Positions 1 through 13,288 of a stretch of 64,000 nucleotides of DNA are shown in pieces. The notes beneath the pieces are model-generated. The model made no database searches, was not told the DNA's origin, and was given only the letters and a program-made list of their open reading frames with translations. The position numbers and the translations under genes are program-made. Each line of letters begins with the position of its first letter. Position 1 is the stretch's first letter. Origin of the DNA: Cetorhinus maximus (Eukaryota); assembly GCF_964194155.1 (NCBI RefSeq), contig NC_135896.1, forward strand, positions 25,110,001 through 25,174,000, read 5' to 3'.

Positions 1-607
1 ACATCATCAGCAATAGATCCTACTGCGTAAAGTAGTGTACTGACGTGGTCTTTTTCATCTTTTTTGTGTAATCCTGAAGCAGTTCTGTAACTTGTGAACC
101 TTTTTTTTCCGTTGTCCCAGTTCTGGGCCTGTTGCAAACCTTCTTCTGAAATGGTTCTGGGAGTGATAGTGTGGATTCCATGCTTCTCCCGAGCCCTGGA
201 ATTGTTCCTGCTTCTGTTTGCTGCTTTGGACCTGTGCTCACTGCTGTCCAATCTCTGAGTTTGCATCTGTTGCTCCAACGATGTTCCAACATTTTGGTCT
301 GTCTTAATTTTTTTCTTTTGTCTTTCCTTTGAGGACCTCTTTTCTTGCCAGCCCTGTATCTTTTTAAGGTTCACTGGGTCTTTTACTCGCTGCCACCATG
401 TTTTGTTGTGTGGTCAGGGTCTAGACAGGGGTTTGGGGGATTATCTATTCTCCTAAGGTATGCTGCTCAAGTCTGTGGTCTCTCAAGACCATTAACCTTT
501 ATTTTCAGCAGGTATTTGCACATTTGGACCTCTAGATTAGGTTGGAGCTTCTCCTCCTCCCAAATCTCTCTTACTTTTCTGTCATGTGATCTGACATCAT
601 TATTACA
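1..607 (-). mobile_element. 5' end of a Gypsy-type LTR retrotransposon: LTR 607-399, PBS 398-388, frameshifted gag start 181-1
   Basis: Minus strand TGTAAT...AAAACA with internal AATAAA, directly followed by TGGTGGCAGCG; gag-like MESTLSLPEPF then KKRFTSYRTASGLHKKDEKDHVSTLLYAVGSIADDV. Confidence 0.75.
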
Positions 608-639
608 TCAGAATCAATGGTAGTGGTAAGGTTTATTAG

Positions 640-932
640 CCTTTAACACTACCATTAACACTCCCTTTGTCCTTTTGTTCATGACATCTTTGTCAATCTC
701 TCATTTGTCCCCACCTATCGCTGGCTTTCTATCCAGCTTCATTTGCTCCACCCCTTAAACAGTATAAATTTCATCACATTTCTACTTCTCTTTAGCTCTG
801 AAGAAAGGTCATATGGACTTGAAATGTTAACTCTGTTTCTCTCTCCAAAGATGCTGCTAGACCTGCTGCGTTTTTCCAGCATTTTCTGTTTTCGTTTCAG
901 ATTTCCAGCATCCGCAGTATTTTGCTTTTTAC
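640..932 (+). mobile_element. Penelope-like-element-derived terminal repeat with hammerhead motif
   Basis: Same family as 58710-58965 (minus) and fragments near 7665, 15177, 25444, 26125, 55055, 59000, 60400. Confidence 0.6.
794..832 (+). ncRNA. Minimal type I hammerhead ribozyme motif (partly decayed)
   Basis: AGCT-CTGAAGA-A-AGGTC(ATATG)GACTT-GAAA-TGTT-AACT. Confidence 0.55.
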
Positions 933-2021
933 TTTATGTAGTTCCCATGGAAAAATGGTAGCAAGATTTTGCTGGCCTTTAACTTGAGGCCACATCCTAA
1001 AAGTAGGCAAAATATGGGTTCTCTGACCTTGGCAACCTTGATAAGTCCAGAAAATGTCATTTTTATCTGTGTGGAAGGTTAACTATATCAACCGCCTCCA
1101 CCTAGGTATTTAAGGTGCATCACACTTCCAAAGAGGGCAATCCTCCTTTGAACCAACTCCTGGAGAAACTGTTCGCCAGAAATAATAATTTCATCAACTT
1201 TCTCAGACAATCAATGTCGACGTGACAGAATGAGTACTGCAATTTTACCAAGAGTTCACCAAGATCCATAGATGGCACTCATTGAGCCGTATGTGCTCGA
1301 TTTATCAATAGCCAAGTGTACACCTAGAGGAGCAGATTGTACTCGCTCAGTGCACAGCTTGTTTGTGACCTGTAGCGTTGCAAGTGAATTCTCACTCTGG
1401 TAGGAGCTGCTACTGGACCTTTATTTTAATCAACTTCAGTGTCACTATTGTTTACCTTTGAAAAGCAAGTGCCTGAATGCTTCTTTGGAAGTAATGGCCA
1501 TCCTGTACAGCCTTGTTTGATGTTGTGGCTGACTCCGCTTACCTTGCCAGACATGGTGGGATCACTAAACTTCTTCCAGCACTGAAAAGCAGTACAGAGT
1601 TTAAGGGGTGCCCAATGACTGTACTGGCTACCTCTATCCACTGACCCTAAGCTGCTTCTATTGGGGCCATGTATCTCACAGTACCAAATAGGGCCTTCCT
1701 CCTGAACCTCCAGCAGGAATTCCTCCACATCTGCATGAACAAATCTGGTAGCTTTAGGCCCTCAAAGAAACCTTTTGGACATTCTTTGCAGCAGATGATT
1801 GTTATCACTTGAAAAAACGTCTTATGAAGGTGGCCACCCTTTTAAGCTGTGACAGGTATTTAAAGTGAGCAGCAGAATGCTGTATCCAATTGAAAATAGG
1901 CAATCAGCCAATCAGAAGCATTTTCAATTTCTGCAGCCCACCTGAACAATGCAAGTCACATTGACCTCAGAAAATATTCTGGCTTCGTATTACTGTACAG
2001 CAAAGGTTCCGCCTCACCTAT

Positions 2022-2390
2022 TTTTTTTTATTTGTTTGTGGGATGTGGGCGCCCCTGGCTAGGCCAGCATTTATTGCCCAACCCGAATTGCCCTTGTTCT
2101 AAGGGCATTTAAGGGTCAACCACATTGCTGTGGGTCTGGGGTCACATGTAGGCCATACCAGGTAAAGATGGCAAATTTCCTTCCCTAAGAGACATTAGTG
2201 AACCAGATGGGTTTTGACAACAATCGACAGTGGTTTCATGGTCATCATTAGACTTTTAATTCCAAATTTTTATTAAATTTGAATTCCACCTTCTGCCATA
2301 GTGGAATTCAAACCCAGGTCCCCAGAGCATTATCTTGGGTCCCTGGATTAGCAGTCCAGTGACAATACCGCTACTCCACTGCCTCCTCCA
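2022..2390 (-). mobile_element. tRNA-derived SINE with CR1-type 3' tail
   Basis: Minus-strand head with A/B-box-like motifs (GGTTTGAATTCC); homologous to 4330-4685 and 25225-25420; tail shared with the LINE at 51951. Confidence 0.7.
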
Positions 2391-3799
2391 TATTGATGGT
2401 AGTGAGAATGCCCCATGGAAAGATACAACCATGCAATATCTCTGGTCCTTATTTTTTTCTTCCTATTAAAGTGCTTTTTACGATGAGGAATCTTTGTGCT
2501 TAATGAAATGAACACTTTTTTCCAAAGGTATGTACTGAGAGTACTAAGTCCTATTACAATAATACAGTCTGCGATTGGATATGGTTCTTCTAGATATTAC
2601 CGTTCAGTAAAGTCTAAATGAATCCACTCTCACTGCACCAAGTGCAGCTTCTAATCATGTCACTCCTGGGCATTAAAAAAGGAGATTGCTGAATTTGTTG
2701 AATTTGCAGCATTTCCATGGTCTGACTCATTTCTGCTGCAATTTGGTTGTAGGTTATTAATTAACCATTCCTGAAAGAAACTGCCAGTTCTTTTTTATCA
2801 GCTCTATTAAGCATTGTGCACTGGAATTATGTATTTATAGCCCTACGAATGCACACACTTTACACTTGGAAAACCCTGACTGGCACTGTGCTCTCTAATA
2901 AAGGAGCCAACCTAACTAACTTTTGAAAAACAAATGTAATTCTTCAGGAAATCCACACATGCCCAGTATACTTCACCTTGCTGTGTATGGTAGCCACTAG
3001 TACAACTTCAGGTCCATTCTTTGTAACAGGAGGCAGCAGCTCCTGGCTTAGAGAACCCCTGTCCCTAGCCTTACCATTTGGCCTTTTAAAGGGTAGAAGT
3101 TTTGTTGAAGCTCTGAAAGCCTAGATAAACAGCGATTTACACTCTTTCCCTGTGAGCTCGGCTGGTCCTCAGCTGGAATTCTGCTGGTTCACTGGCAAAA
3201 TTCCAACAGAATTTAAAGGCCTACATTAAAACTCGGCAATCTGATGAAATAATTTCTCCAGGGATTTCACCAGCCTCCCACCACAACACTAAGGAGTTTC
3301 ATGAATGCCATCTTTTAATACTGCATGCATAGACAATGAAAATTTGGGTTCAGAATAAAAAAGTGCAACTAATTTGTCACTGATAAAGATTTAGTGCAGC
3401 TTAATGATGGATGAACAAAATATTACATGGCTTCACTTAGGACCGTGTGTCCTGGGCTCAGAATATAAACTGGGAGCATAGTGGAGTTATGTAGGAGTTG
3501 CTCATTATGTGGCATAGTGAAGACAGCATGTTGCCAAGAACGTGGGACATAAACTCACAATGGATATAGTGCATCAGGACACGAGCTGGAGTTGTGAAGC
3601 AGAATGATGGTGGAACATGTGCTTCTGATTAGGGGACATAGTCAAGATAGGACAGGAGATGGTAATTAAGGAACACAGATAAGATGGGCATAAGCTGACT
3701 TTGCAAGGTACCACAAAGGTAAGATGCGAGCTGCAGCTGTGCAGCACATTGAGGGCGGAACATATATTTTTAGTTAAGGGATATGGTAGAAATGAGGCA

Positions 3800-4105
3800 A
3801 ACTGACCAACATTGGCCCCAGTCTGTCAGAGCTTTCAATTCAAATTCTGTACCCTTATGTTTAAATCCCCTGTGGTCTCACCCCTCCCTATCTCTGTACC
3901 TTATCCAACTCAACAACCTCCAACACTTTTCCATACCTCTGACTCTAGGCTCTCATGCATCACCCCTTCTCTTGTCTCACCATTGGCAGTCAAGTCTTCA
4001 GTCATCTGGAATTCTCTTAAAATCCCTTTCACTGCCTTTTTGTTTGAATATGCATCAGTGGTGCACCTTTCTACTTCAAATGCACTATATAAATGTAGGT
4101 TGCTA
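3800..4105 (+). mobile_element. L2-type LINE 3' end
   Basis: Ends in GCACTATATAAATGTAGGTTG, like the copies at 37100-37650 and 46070-46625. Confidence 0.55.
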
Positions 4106-4329
4106 CAGTAATGGAGTGTGATGAACTGGGGACAAAAAATAACAGGGAATTCAGCATGGGAATGAGATTTGTAGATGCAGGAAAAGCTGAAAAGAAACGT
4201 ATTTGCTTCTGGTGCCTCTAGGATTTGCTCCTGTATCATCAAGAAATGTTTTGAACTCCTCACAATCAGTGTATTTTTTTTATATCTAACCAGTTTGTCA
4301 CAAGTTCAAATAGCAACTGTCCTAGTGCT

Positions 4330-4685
4330 TTTTTTTGTTTATTCTTTCATGGGATGTGGGCATCACTGGGAAGGTCAGCATTTGTTGCCCATCCCTAACT
4401 GCCCTTGAACTGAGTGGCTTGCCCCACTATTTTAGAGGGCAGTTAAGAGTCGACCACATTACTGTGGATCTGGAGTCACATGTAGGCCAGCAGATTTCCT
4501 TCCCTAAAGGGCAGTGAATCAGATGAGTTTTTATTGTTTCATGGTCACCATTCCTGAGAATAGCTTTAGATTCCAGATTTTTATTAACTGAATTCAAATT
4601 CCACCAGCTGCCGTGGCCCCCAGATCATTAGCCTGGGCCTCTGGGTTACTAGTTCAATGACATTACCACTACACCATCATCTCCT
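4330..4685 (-). mobile_element. tRNA-derived SINE, same family as 2022-2390
   Basis: Direct similarity along its length. Confidence 0.7.
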
Positions 4686-5249
4686 TAATAAATTCATGAA
4701 GTAGCTACCAAGGTCAGGCTAATGCCAAATTAGTCTGAGGATTTTATGAGAAAAAGAGCAGCTTGTAAACCTGTTGGGATGAATACAGCTATGTGTATAT
4801 TTACATTATTGCTTAGAAACTAGATTTGTTTTTCAAAGAAACCTTAAATCTCTTAGACAAGGTAAATAATTCTGAGGCACACTAATATTTTACGGTACAT
4901 CAGGGTGCCTTTGGGATAATGTTACTCATCCTGGGTGAATTACATACAGCACAGAAACCGGTCATTTGATCCAACAGAAGTCTCCTCCCAAACTACTGTA
5001 TTTAACCCTATCAGCATATCTTCTATTCCTTTCACTCTCATAAACTTATCTAGCTTCTCCGTAAACATATCTATGATATTCAACCTCAACAATTCCATGT
5101 GGTGGCAAGTTCTACATTTCAAACACGTTCTGGTAAATAAGTTTCTCCTGAATTCCTTATTGGAGACCCCCTAGCTGTGGAATTCCCCAAAAGTGGAAGC
5201 ATCTTCTCTAGCTGGCCCCCTCACATTCAAGTGGGGGGAGTGAAAAGAA

Positions 5250-6485
5250 ATGTGGTAGCAATAGGGAACAATACAGTCAGGCAGATTGAAACTATTCTCT
5301 GCGGTCACAAAGATTGCGTTGTCTGCCTGGTGCCAAGTTAAAAGACATCTCCTCAAGGCTGGAGACAAACTTGGAATGGGAGGCAGAGGGTCCAGTTGTC
5401 TTGGTCCATCTAGGAACCAACAACATAGGTAGAACTGGCAATGATATTCTGCTGAGAGTGCTTGTGTAGTTAGGGTCCAAATTAAAATATAGAACCTCAA
5501 AAGGTAATAATCACAGGATGGTGGCCTGACCCACTTGCCAATTGGCATAGGGTTATTGTGTGGGAAGAAGGGGTTTCAATTCATGGGGCACTGTCACCAG
5601 TACTGGGGAGGGAGCTGTTCTGTTGAGATAGACTCCATTTCAATCGGGCTGGGATCAGGCTTTATACGAAAAGGGGGGTGGGGTGGAGATGAGGGTAAAA
5701 AAGCTCAGGTGAAAGGAGATTTACAATCTAAAGAGAAAAGACAAGACAATAAAGCATTGTAGCAATTTGGGTAAAGACAAGCAGAGTGAGACAGGAAGGG
5801 TCAGAGAGTTTAACGATAATAGAGCATCAACGAATAAAGTGCATGCAAAGAATAGTGGTAAATATAATTAAAGACGCTTTATTGAATGCGCGAGGCATTC
5901 AAGATAGACAAATTAGTGGTGCAAATAAAGATACATGGGTTTGATCTAATTGCCATTACAGAGTCACAGTTAGAAGGTGACCAAATTTGGAAAATAAATA
6001 TTCCCGTGTACACATTTCAAAAAGACAGAATGGAAAAGGAGGCATAGCCCTGATAATAAAGGATAATATAAGAGCAGTAGCAAGAAAGGATATTGGCTCA
6101 GAAGATCAAGAAGTAGAATTAGTATTTGTGGAAATTAAGAATAACCAAGGTCAGAAATGCTGGTGGGAGTAGTTTATAGGCCCCCTACCAGTAGTTATGC
6201 ATTTGGACTAAACATTAAGCAAGAAATAACTGGAGCTTGTAACAAGGCAATGTAATAATTGTGGGGGACTTTAATCTTCATATAGACTGAACCAATCAAA
6301 TTTATAAAGGTGATTTGATAATGAGTTTGACAATACTTTGACAATTTTCTAGAACAATGTATTGTGGAACCAGCTGTAGCCAAAGCCATTTAAGATCTAG
6401 TATTATGCAAGAAGGCAGGATTAATTAGCAAAATCATAGTAAAAGATCCTCTGGGAAAAAAATTATCATAGTACAATTGAATTTC
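5250..6485 (+). mobile_element. Decayed CR1 LINE: ORF1 SGNH-esterase-like part and start of the ORF2 endonuclease
   Basis: Remnant motifs VCLPGA-like, VLVHLGTNNIG, DLIAITES, GVVYRPP, IIVGDFN with stops and frameshifts. Confidence 0.7.
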
Positions 6486-9400
6486 AGTTGGACAACTCTA
6501 TCAAATCTCCTCTTAACCTTCTTCACTCTTAACAAGAACAACCAATCTTCTTCAGTTTCTTCACATAACTAAAGTCCCTCATCCCTGGTTATTATTCTAG
6601 CAAATCTCTTCTGCACCCTCTTCAAGGTCTTGGCATCCTTTCTAAATTATGGTGCTCAGAATAGAACACAATAATCCAGCTGAGGCTGAACAAATGATTT
6701 ATAAAGATTTAGCAAAACTTCCTTGGTTTCGTAAAGTTTAGCCTGGGGCAGGTTTTGAGAGTGGGATTTGGTGGGAGATGTTGCACACTATGAACTTTTA
6801 ACTGTTATTAATTCCTTATGCGGCTCCAAGTCCTGCTTTGTTTTATAATGAACCTGTGAAGTGCCTTGGAATATTTTACTATACTAACAGTGCTGTATAA
6901 ATGCAAGATGGTGCTGTTGTATTAAGGCCAGTTACTTATTCCATGAAGCACATTTTGCCCCAGAAACTACAGTTTTCTGCTATTTTCAGCTGTACATGAA
7001 AGAGCTTAATTCCTGTGTTTATAAAGTGTTTCACTTTAATTTTTTAAGATTCTCAATATTCACTTTCTTCTCACTAACTTTGAACTGTTTTTACTTTTGG
7101 AGAAATCCCAAGTAAACTGTGAAGAGGAGGTGATATCTACTCACTGAGTAACAGCAAATCATTATCAGAAGAGGTAGACAACTCATTAGGCATATACTGA
7201 ATTATTTTTGAATGGGTCCGAGCTATTTATAGAATTATCTGATTAACAGGAAATAATATACTTGTATTGCACAGGCTTGGACAATGAAGGTGATACACTG
7301 CCATCTTTTGTAGATCTAGGTGTAATGCATTGCTTCACATCATTTAATCCAAATCACTCACCTACTTTATCCTGCCTTATAAAATGTAGCATCACTTAAC
7401 AGCCACCAAGAATGGCATTCAGTCCTGGGAAATGTAGATGTTAAATTACTTGTGCCTTCATCTATATTCTCCAATAAAAGAATGCCCCCACTTTGTCACC
7501 CAGTCATTGATGCAGTCCGAAAACATGAAACTAATTTCAAAGGGTAAAATAATCAAACTGAATTAAAAGTACCAGGTTGAAAAGTGAACATTTTGTTTTC
7601 CTACCTTCCCATTTTCCCAATGCATATGCAAAGACATCAGTAACGCCCTGCCAGGTTCTTCTTTCATACAGACTCGAACTGTTAACTCTGTTTCTCTCTC
7701 CACAGATGCTGCCAAACCTGCTGAGTTTTTCAAGCATTTTCTGTTCTTATTTCTTCTTTCAATTAGTTTGATCACTGAGGGTCCATATTAACTCTGTTCA
7801 TGTGGATAGGTTTTGAATAAACCAAAACTCTCACCCTGAATGTCAGAAGACAAATAAGAAAGTGAACACATCACAGCCTGACCCACAGCATTTTCAACAG
7901 GAGGTTAAGGAATTGTAATCAATATGGTAAACTCTGTCTATTTGTCTCCTCGTTAGATGAATTACAGTAACCCAACCTCACCCTAGCTGCACTTTCCTGG
8001 TCAGGCTGGAAGTGTTATAGTAATTGCAAAAGTTCTCTCCATTTTGATTCCACAGTCGCCACTTCGCAGACTAGAAACATTCAATTCAGACTTTGCAATT
8101 CCATTGTAGATTAGAATGTCATGAGCTGGAAAGAAACTGTCCATAGTTATTTCACAACATACAAATCACTGGATGATAAATTACCAAGGTGCATCTAGTT
8201 CACCTTCTGATAGAACTATAATGGTATTGTTGACCAATCATGGCAATCAGTCTCTGTAAATTAATCTAAAGTAGGCCCAGACATGAAGCAAGGGAAAACC
8301 CCTAGTAGTGGAAAGCATAGGTCCAAATTCACCTGTTCCTAACAAGTATGTTACACTAGTGTTAAGTCCCAAATTATTCATATACTGTATCCCAAAATAT
8401 TTCCTGAAATAAACCTATACAATTTGTTTTAGAAGGATAATTAAACTTACAAGTTTCAATGCTCAATTCCCCAAGTACACTTTCAATCCTTTAAATGTTA
8501 TCAAAATTTGGCAGTCATACATTTTATGGATGATTACATTTTATATTATTAACCCGATAACTGTAAAAGTGTGATATAAACTTTAGTGCTGACTTTAATA
8601 CCTCACTTACAGAGAATAGTCTGGTGGGAGTTAACCAAGTTACCCGAGTCCACTTGCAGGCCTGACCCTGAGGCCAAATCATTCCCACCTGGTGAAGTTT
8701 TACTTCAACTTCAAAGTAACTCGAGGATCGCAGTGCAGACACAAAGGGAAATAAGTTGAATATTAAAATCACAGTCCAATTAAGTCATTGGTGCTACATT
8801 TTAACTTCTGCATTCAGAAATCCATCACAGGGATAATGCAGGCATCTCCCTGGAGTGTCCAGGAAAGACTGTGGTAAATTTTGCAATGTAATTTTTACAT
8901 GGAATCCTTGTGGCCCTGGAGTAGGATCTATTTCCCCCGGCCCTGCAAGGATACCTTGGGCCTTCCCCTCCCCTGGGCCAAGCTTCCCCACCCGCCAACA
9001 CCCCTCCCACATAAAATGCAATCATTCCCAATCCATCTCTCTCCACACCTTCCTTCACAGCGACCATTTCCACGGGTCCCGAGCAGCGGTCTAACCATAC
9101 CCGACCCACCATACTTGCCCGTTTGCGTTGATATCCTAATGTCTTCAGGGAATTTGTTTCAGGATATTCAAAGAGTTAAAAAGGTTTTCTGGGCCTCACA
9201 CTCAAGGCAGCTAGACAGATCCACTCTCGCTCTGGCACCCACTCCTCTAGATTCCCACCCCCAGTTAAAATAGACTTCTAAATCCATAACTGAAGTATAA
9301 CCTCACCCCAGAATTTAAATATTCATGTGTATGGAATTATCTAAACCCCTAATCTGTACAAAGATTAATCTCTGAATAGATCAAAAAATGCTCATCTCCA

Positions 9401-9842
9401 TCATATTCTCTAGTGTTTCACTGAAGTAGTTCTGTTTATTTATGATGAAATACAATGTATTCCACAACAGGTTTAGATGTTTTCATTGTGCTGAGTGCAA
9501 CCTAATTCCAATTACTAAAATGTATACCGATATTTTGGTTATTTTACAGGTATAGAATTTTTAAATACATCAGCTTGTAATATTGCATGTCATGCAAAAT
9601 TTCAAACAGAATCTAATGTAACATTTGAAATATTAAAGTTCATCTTTGACCCTTGAAGTCTGACTCAGACATTTGAATGCACTCATTCTACTTTTACGTT
9701 CTTATTGATGAAGAAGAGCTTGTTCATTCTTTCCTGTCACATAGAAGATATGACATTTGAATAAAGCCTTTTTATTCTCCAGAGATGACATTGTATTGGG
9801 ACCTCTTCCAACATGCACATGAATGACAGGATAGTATGAGGT

Positions 9843-10925
9843 ACATAGGAACAAGATTAGGCCATTTAGTCCCTCAAGTCTGTTCCACCATTCAATAAGA
9901 TCATGGCTGATCTGTAACCTATCTCCATATGTCTTTGCCCCATATCCCTTAAAAACTTTTGGCTACCAAAAATGACCAGTGTCAAAGAGCAAGCCAGGAG
10001 CAGCATTCGGCTTACCAAAAAAATCACGTTCCAATCTACTGAAACTACTACACAGGATTACATGGATGCAAAACAATAGAAGCAGCATGCTATATACAGA
10101 ACAAAGTGATCCTACAACCAATGGATCAGATCAAAGCTCTGCAGTTCTACCTCAACCAGTTGCGAATGGTGGTGATAAATTAAACTAACAAAAGGAGGTG
10201 GTTCCATGATCTTTCCCATTCTTAATGATGGCAGAGCCCAGTACTTCAGCGCAAAGATAACTCTGAAGTTTTTAGGACATAGGAACAGGGATAAGCCATT
10301 TAGCCTTTCAAGCCATGTTCCACCATTCAATGACATCATGGCTGATCTGCAACCTAACTCCACATGGGCCTTTGCCCCATATCCCTTAATAACTTTGGCT
10401 AACAAAAAAAATGTTCCTGGAGGCAATTGACTTTAGCATTACCTGCCTTTTATTCCAAACCGCTGTGAAACACCATCCTTTGTGAAAGACACGTTTCCTA
10501 ATTTCACTCCTGAAAGTCTGGTTCTAATTTTTAGACTATGTTCCCCTGGTTCCTAGACTCTGCAACTACCATAAAGAGTTTCTCCCAAGCCACCCTGTTG
10601 ACTTTAATATTTTGGAATTGTGATGATATCACCCTTGAACCTTTCAAATTACAGGGAATGCAGACCAGGTTTTGATTATTTCCTGTACCTATTCATCCAT
10701 ACCTGAACCATCAAGCCCCTTTGGTTCTCCACTGTGTCTAGCTTTTCATTATTTAGAAAGTTAGGTCCAAAATGGATGACCTTACATTTGCCAGTTTTGT
10801 CCATTCCCTTAACCTACCAATATCTCATTGTAATTTTAGGCTTCCATCTACACTGCTTACAATAATGCCTTTCTTTGTGTCATCAGCAAATTTGGATGAG
10901 TAGCTTTCATCATATAAGTCGTTAA
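9843..10925 (-). mobile_element. CR1 LINE 3' fragments (two tails) with an intervening LINE fragment
   Basis: Reverse of the CR1 3' tail (CATAGGAACA...GGCCATTTAG...) at 9844 and 10277. Confidence 0.65.
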
Positions 10926-11189
10926 TAAAATTAAATGCTACCGCTTGTTTTTGAACAGGAGCGAGCTAGCATGTTCAAACAAATTTAAGCAGAAAGTAGT
11001 GTAAAATATTGAGACAGAAAAAATACAAATGAGTGTGTTGTATATTGATTGTAAAGTTGTTATCTTGAATTTAATATGAGAAAAGATATGTTAATTCACA
11101 ATGCCATTTGAAGCATGTTTGCAATGAGCCCTATTTTGTAGCTGGCTGTCAAAAATGGAATCAGAAAATGATATAGACATGATTCTTAT

Positions 11190-11500
11190 CCTGTCTTATG
11201 AGGAAAGGTTGGACAGACTAGGCTTGTATCCACTGGAGTTTAGAAGAGTAAGAGGTGACTTGATTGAAACATATAAAATTCTGACGGGTCTTGACAGGGT
11301 GGATGTGGAGAGGATGTTTCCTCTTGTGGCAGAATCTAGAACTAGGCGTCACTGTTTAAAAATAAGGGGTCGCCCATTTAAAACAGAGATGAGGTGAAAT
11401 TTTTTCACTCAGAGGGTCATAAGTCTTTGGAACTTCCTGGAAATGTGGTGGAAGCAGTCTTTGAATATTTTTAAGGCAGAGGTGGATAGATTTTGGTATA
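11190..11500 (+). mobile_element. CR1 ORF2 C-terminal fragment
   Basis: LSYEERLDRLGLYPLEFRRVRGDLIETYKIL is the CR1 ORF2 C-terminal signature. Confidence 0.85.
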
Positions 11501-12256
11501 ATATCAGAAGGCAACCCAACGCTGCAGAAAGGAAAATAAAACAAGTTCCTTGTGGCACAAACATTGAAGTGTTTCTTTGCCAACCAGGAGATTAGACATA
11601 GCAGGTTTTCTAAAGAGTGGTTTCTCACTCATAAGATGAAGACTTCAATTTCACAGGTTGGAGACCTTCTAAACTAATTTAATTTGAAGGTGACAATTCG
11701 TTGATGGAGGGGAATACCCTAGATTGATAGTAAGTAGTTTCCATCAGATTATTGCCCTCTTTTCAATTTTTTTTATGACATAGATTTGTTACCAAAAAAC
11801 TAATGAGCAGATCACAGAATAGAAGGGTGCTTTTGCTCCTTATGTTTATTCTACTAGGATTTCAATAATTTGTTAATATGGCTGCAATATATTTACATGC
11901 AAATTGAAAATTATACTTCCAATGTATCTCAAACGATCACAGCCATGATGGATGGTAGGGATACCACAATTAATTGGGTTTGCAATGGGAATTTCTACAC
12001 TATAGTCTCTTATCAAGTGACATCTACTGAAAGCTCACATGTCTAGATATAAAGGGTAAGAAGTGACACCTTTTACAGTCAAATAAATCTCTCAACACAC
12101 CCTCATGGATTGCTTGAATGAGTTTCTAGAGATTTCCCTGCAAGGAAACTCAGTTTGAACAAGAACTGGAGATGAATTTGCAAAAAGGAAATTTAAAAGA
12201 GGAATTTTCTAAACAATTTAATTGCTCCTTTCTTGGGTTTCAAAGCCAAGTTACAA

Positions 12257-12262
12257 TTTATT
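12257..12262 (-). terminator. Candidate CPSF2 polyadenylation signal AATAAA
   Basis: TTTATT on + strand about 720 nt past the stop; usage not demonstrable from sequence. Confidence 0.5.
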
Positions 12263-12981
12263 ATAAACACAAACTCAAAATAACAATTTTAGCCTTTATA
12301 AATGTGTTATAACTATTTACCAAACCTTTTCACAACAATATCTGTATATTGATGGGTTCTGCATTTATGGCTTTACAAAACCTGATAATCAACGTCAAAA
12401 GCTTTATAATACTGTATAAAGCAAGTGAATAGTCAGGATCTCGCACCAAAATACCAACTTTGTGCTATCAAAACATTAAAAACATTAAAACTGTTTCAAG
12501 CTTGTATCAGTTGAAAAATTACCCATTCAGCTTTGTCATTTTTTTTCTTCTCTATAAAATAGGTTAAGCTAGGTTTTCACAGACTAATAACATGAACTTT
12601 GGGATGCTTGAATTGTAGTTGCTGTGTTATAATCAGGTGAAATAAGAGTTGCTTTTGCTTGTATTCCTTTGTGAACCAGTGAAAGGTACTGTAGGTGATG
12701 ACTAAAAGAAAAATATGTAAGTGAGAACTGGTGAAGAGAGAACGTTTTCTAACGTTTAACAGAATAGTTCATCAGAAGTAAAATACACAACAGCAATTTG
12801 ACTTTTCAAATTTCTTCCAGTAGAGTTGAAGGAGGAAACCAAACACAAATTATGAACAAATGCTACTCTAGTTAGAAAAAGTTGTTCAGATTTTTTACAT
12901 GTCATAAATGTTTTCCAGCACACTGGCAGTCAACTCCTGGAGGGTAGGATCGATAGTTTTTCAAGAGTATTCCAAGTGCCA

Positions 12982-13074
12982 TTACACAATTGCATACTGT
13001 TCATATAAAAGGTCCCGTATTTTATAATAATCTTCACACAAACATCCTTCCAGTCCAATGCGTCCTGTCTCAGT
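12982..13074 (-). CDS. CPSF2: CPSF2 last coding exon ([30 protein letters not shown])
   Basis: 93 nt including TAA at 12984-12982; CAG acceptor. All 14 exons sum to 2358 nt. Confidence 0.97.
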   Translation of the reverse strand, partial: TETGRIGLEGCLCEDYYKIRDLLYEQYAIV

Positions 13075-13288
13075 CTGAAAAGAAAATAGAAAGAGCAACA
13101 TGAATTTAAAGGTAGGATCCTTCCCTTTTCAGGAGTGATGTTTATTAATAAGTAGTAGGATTTGGAATTTAAACAAAGGTCTTTAATTACTGCAAAGGCG
13201 TTGGATGGAACAATTCATAACTTTCAAAATTTGAAGATTTCTTACTAATTCTTCTAAACTAATAAATATAGGGTATGTAATATAGCTG

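Noticed and set aside
9843-10412. ~130-bp direct repeats at 9844 and 10277 as LTRs
   Set aside because: Both are ordinary CR1 3' tails without TG...CA ends or a PBS.
12735-12780. CTGATGA...AAACGTT on the minus strand in the CPSF2 3' UTR as a sense hammerhead
   Set aside because: No convincing stem II closed onto GAAA and no family flanks; probably chance.
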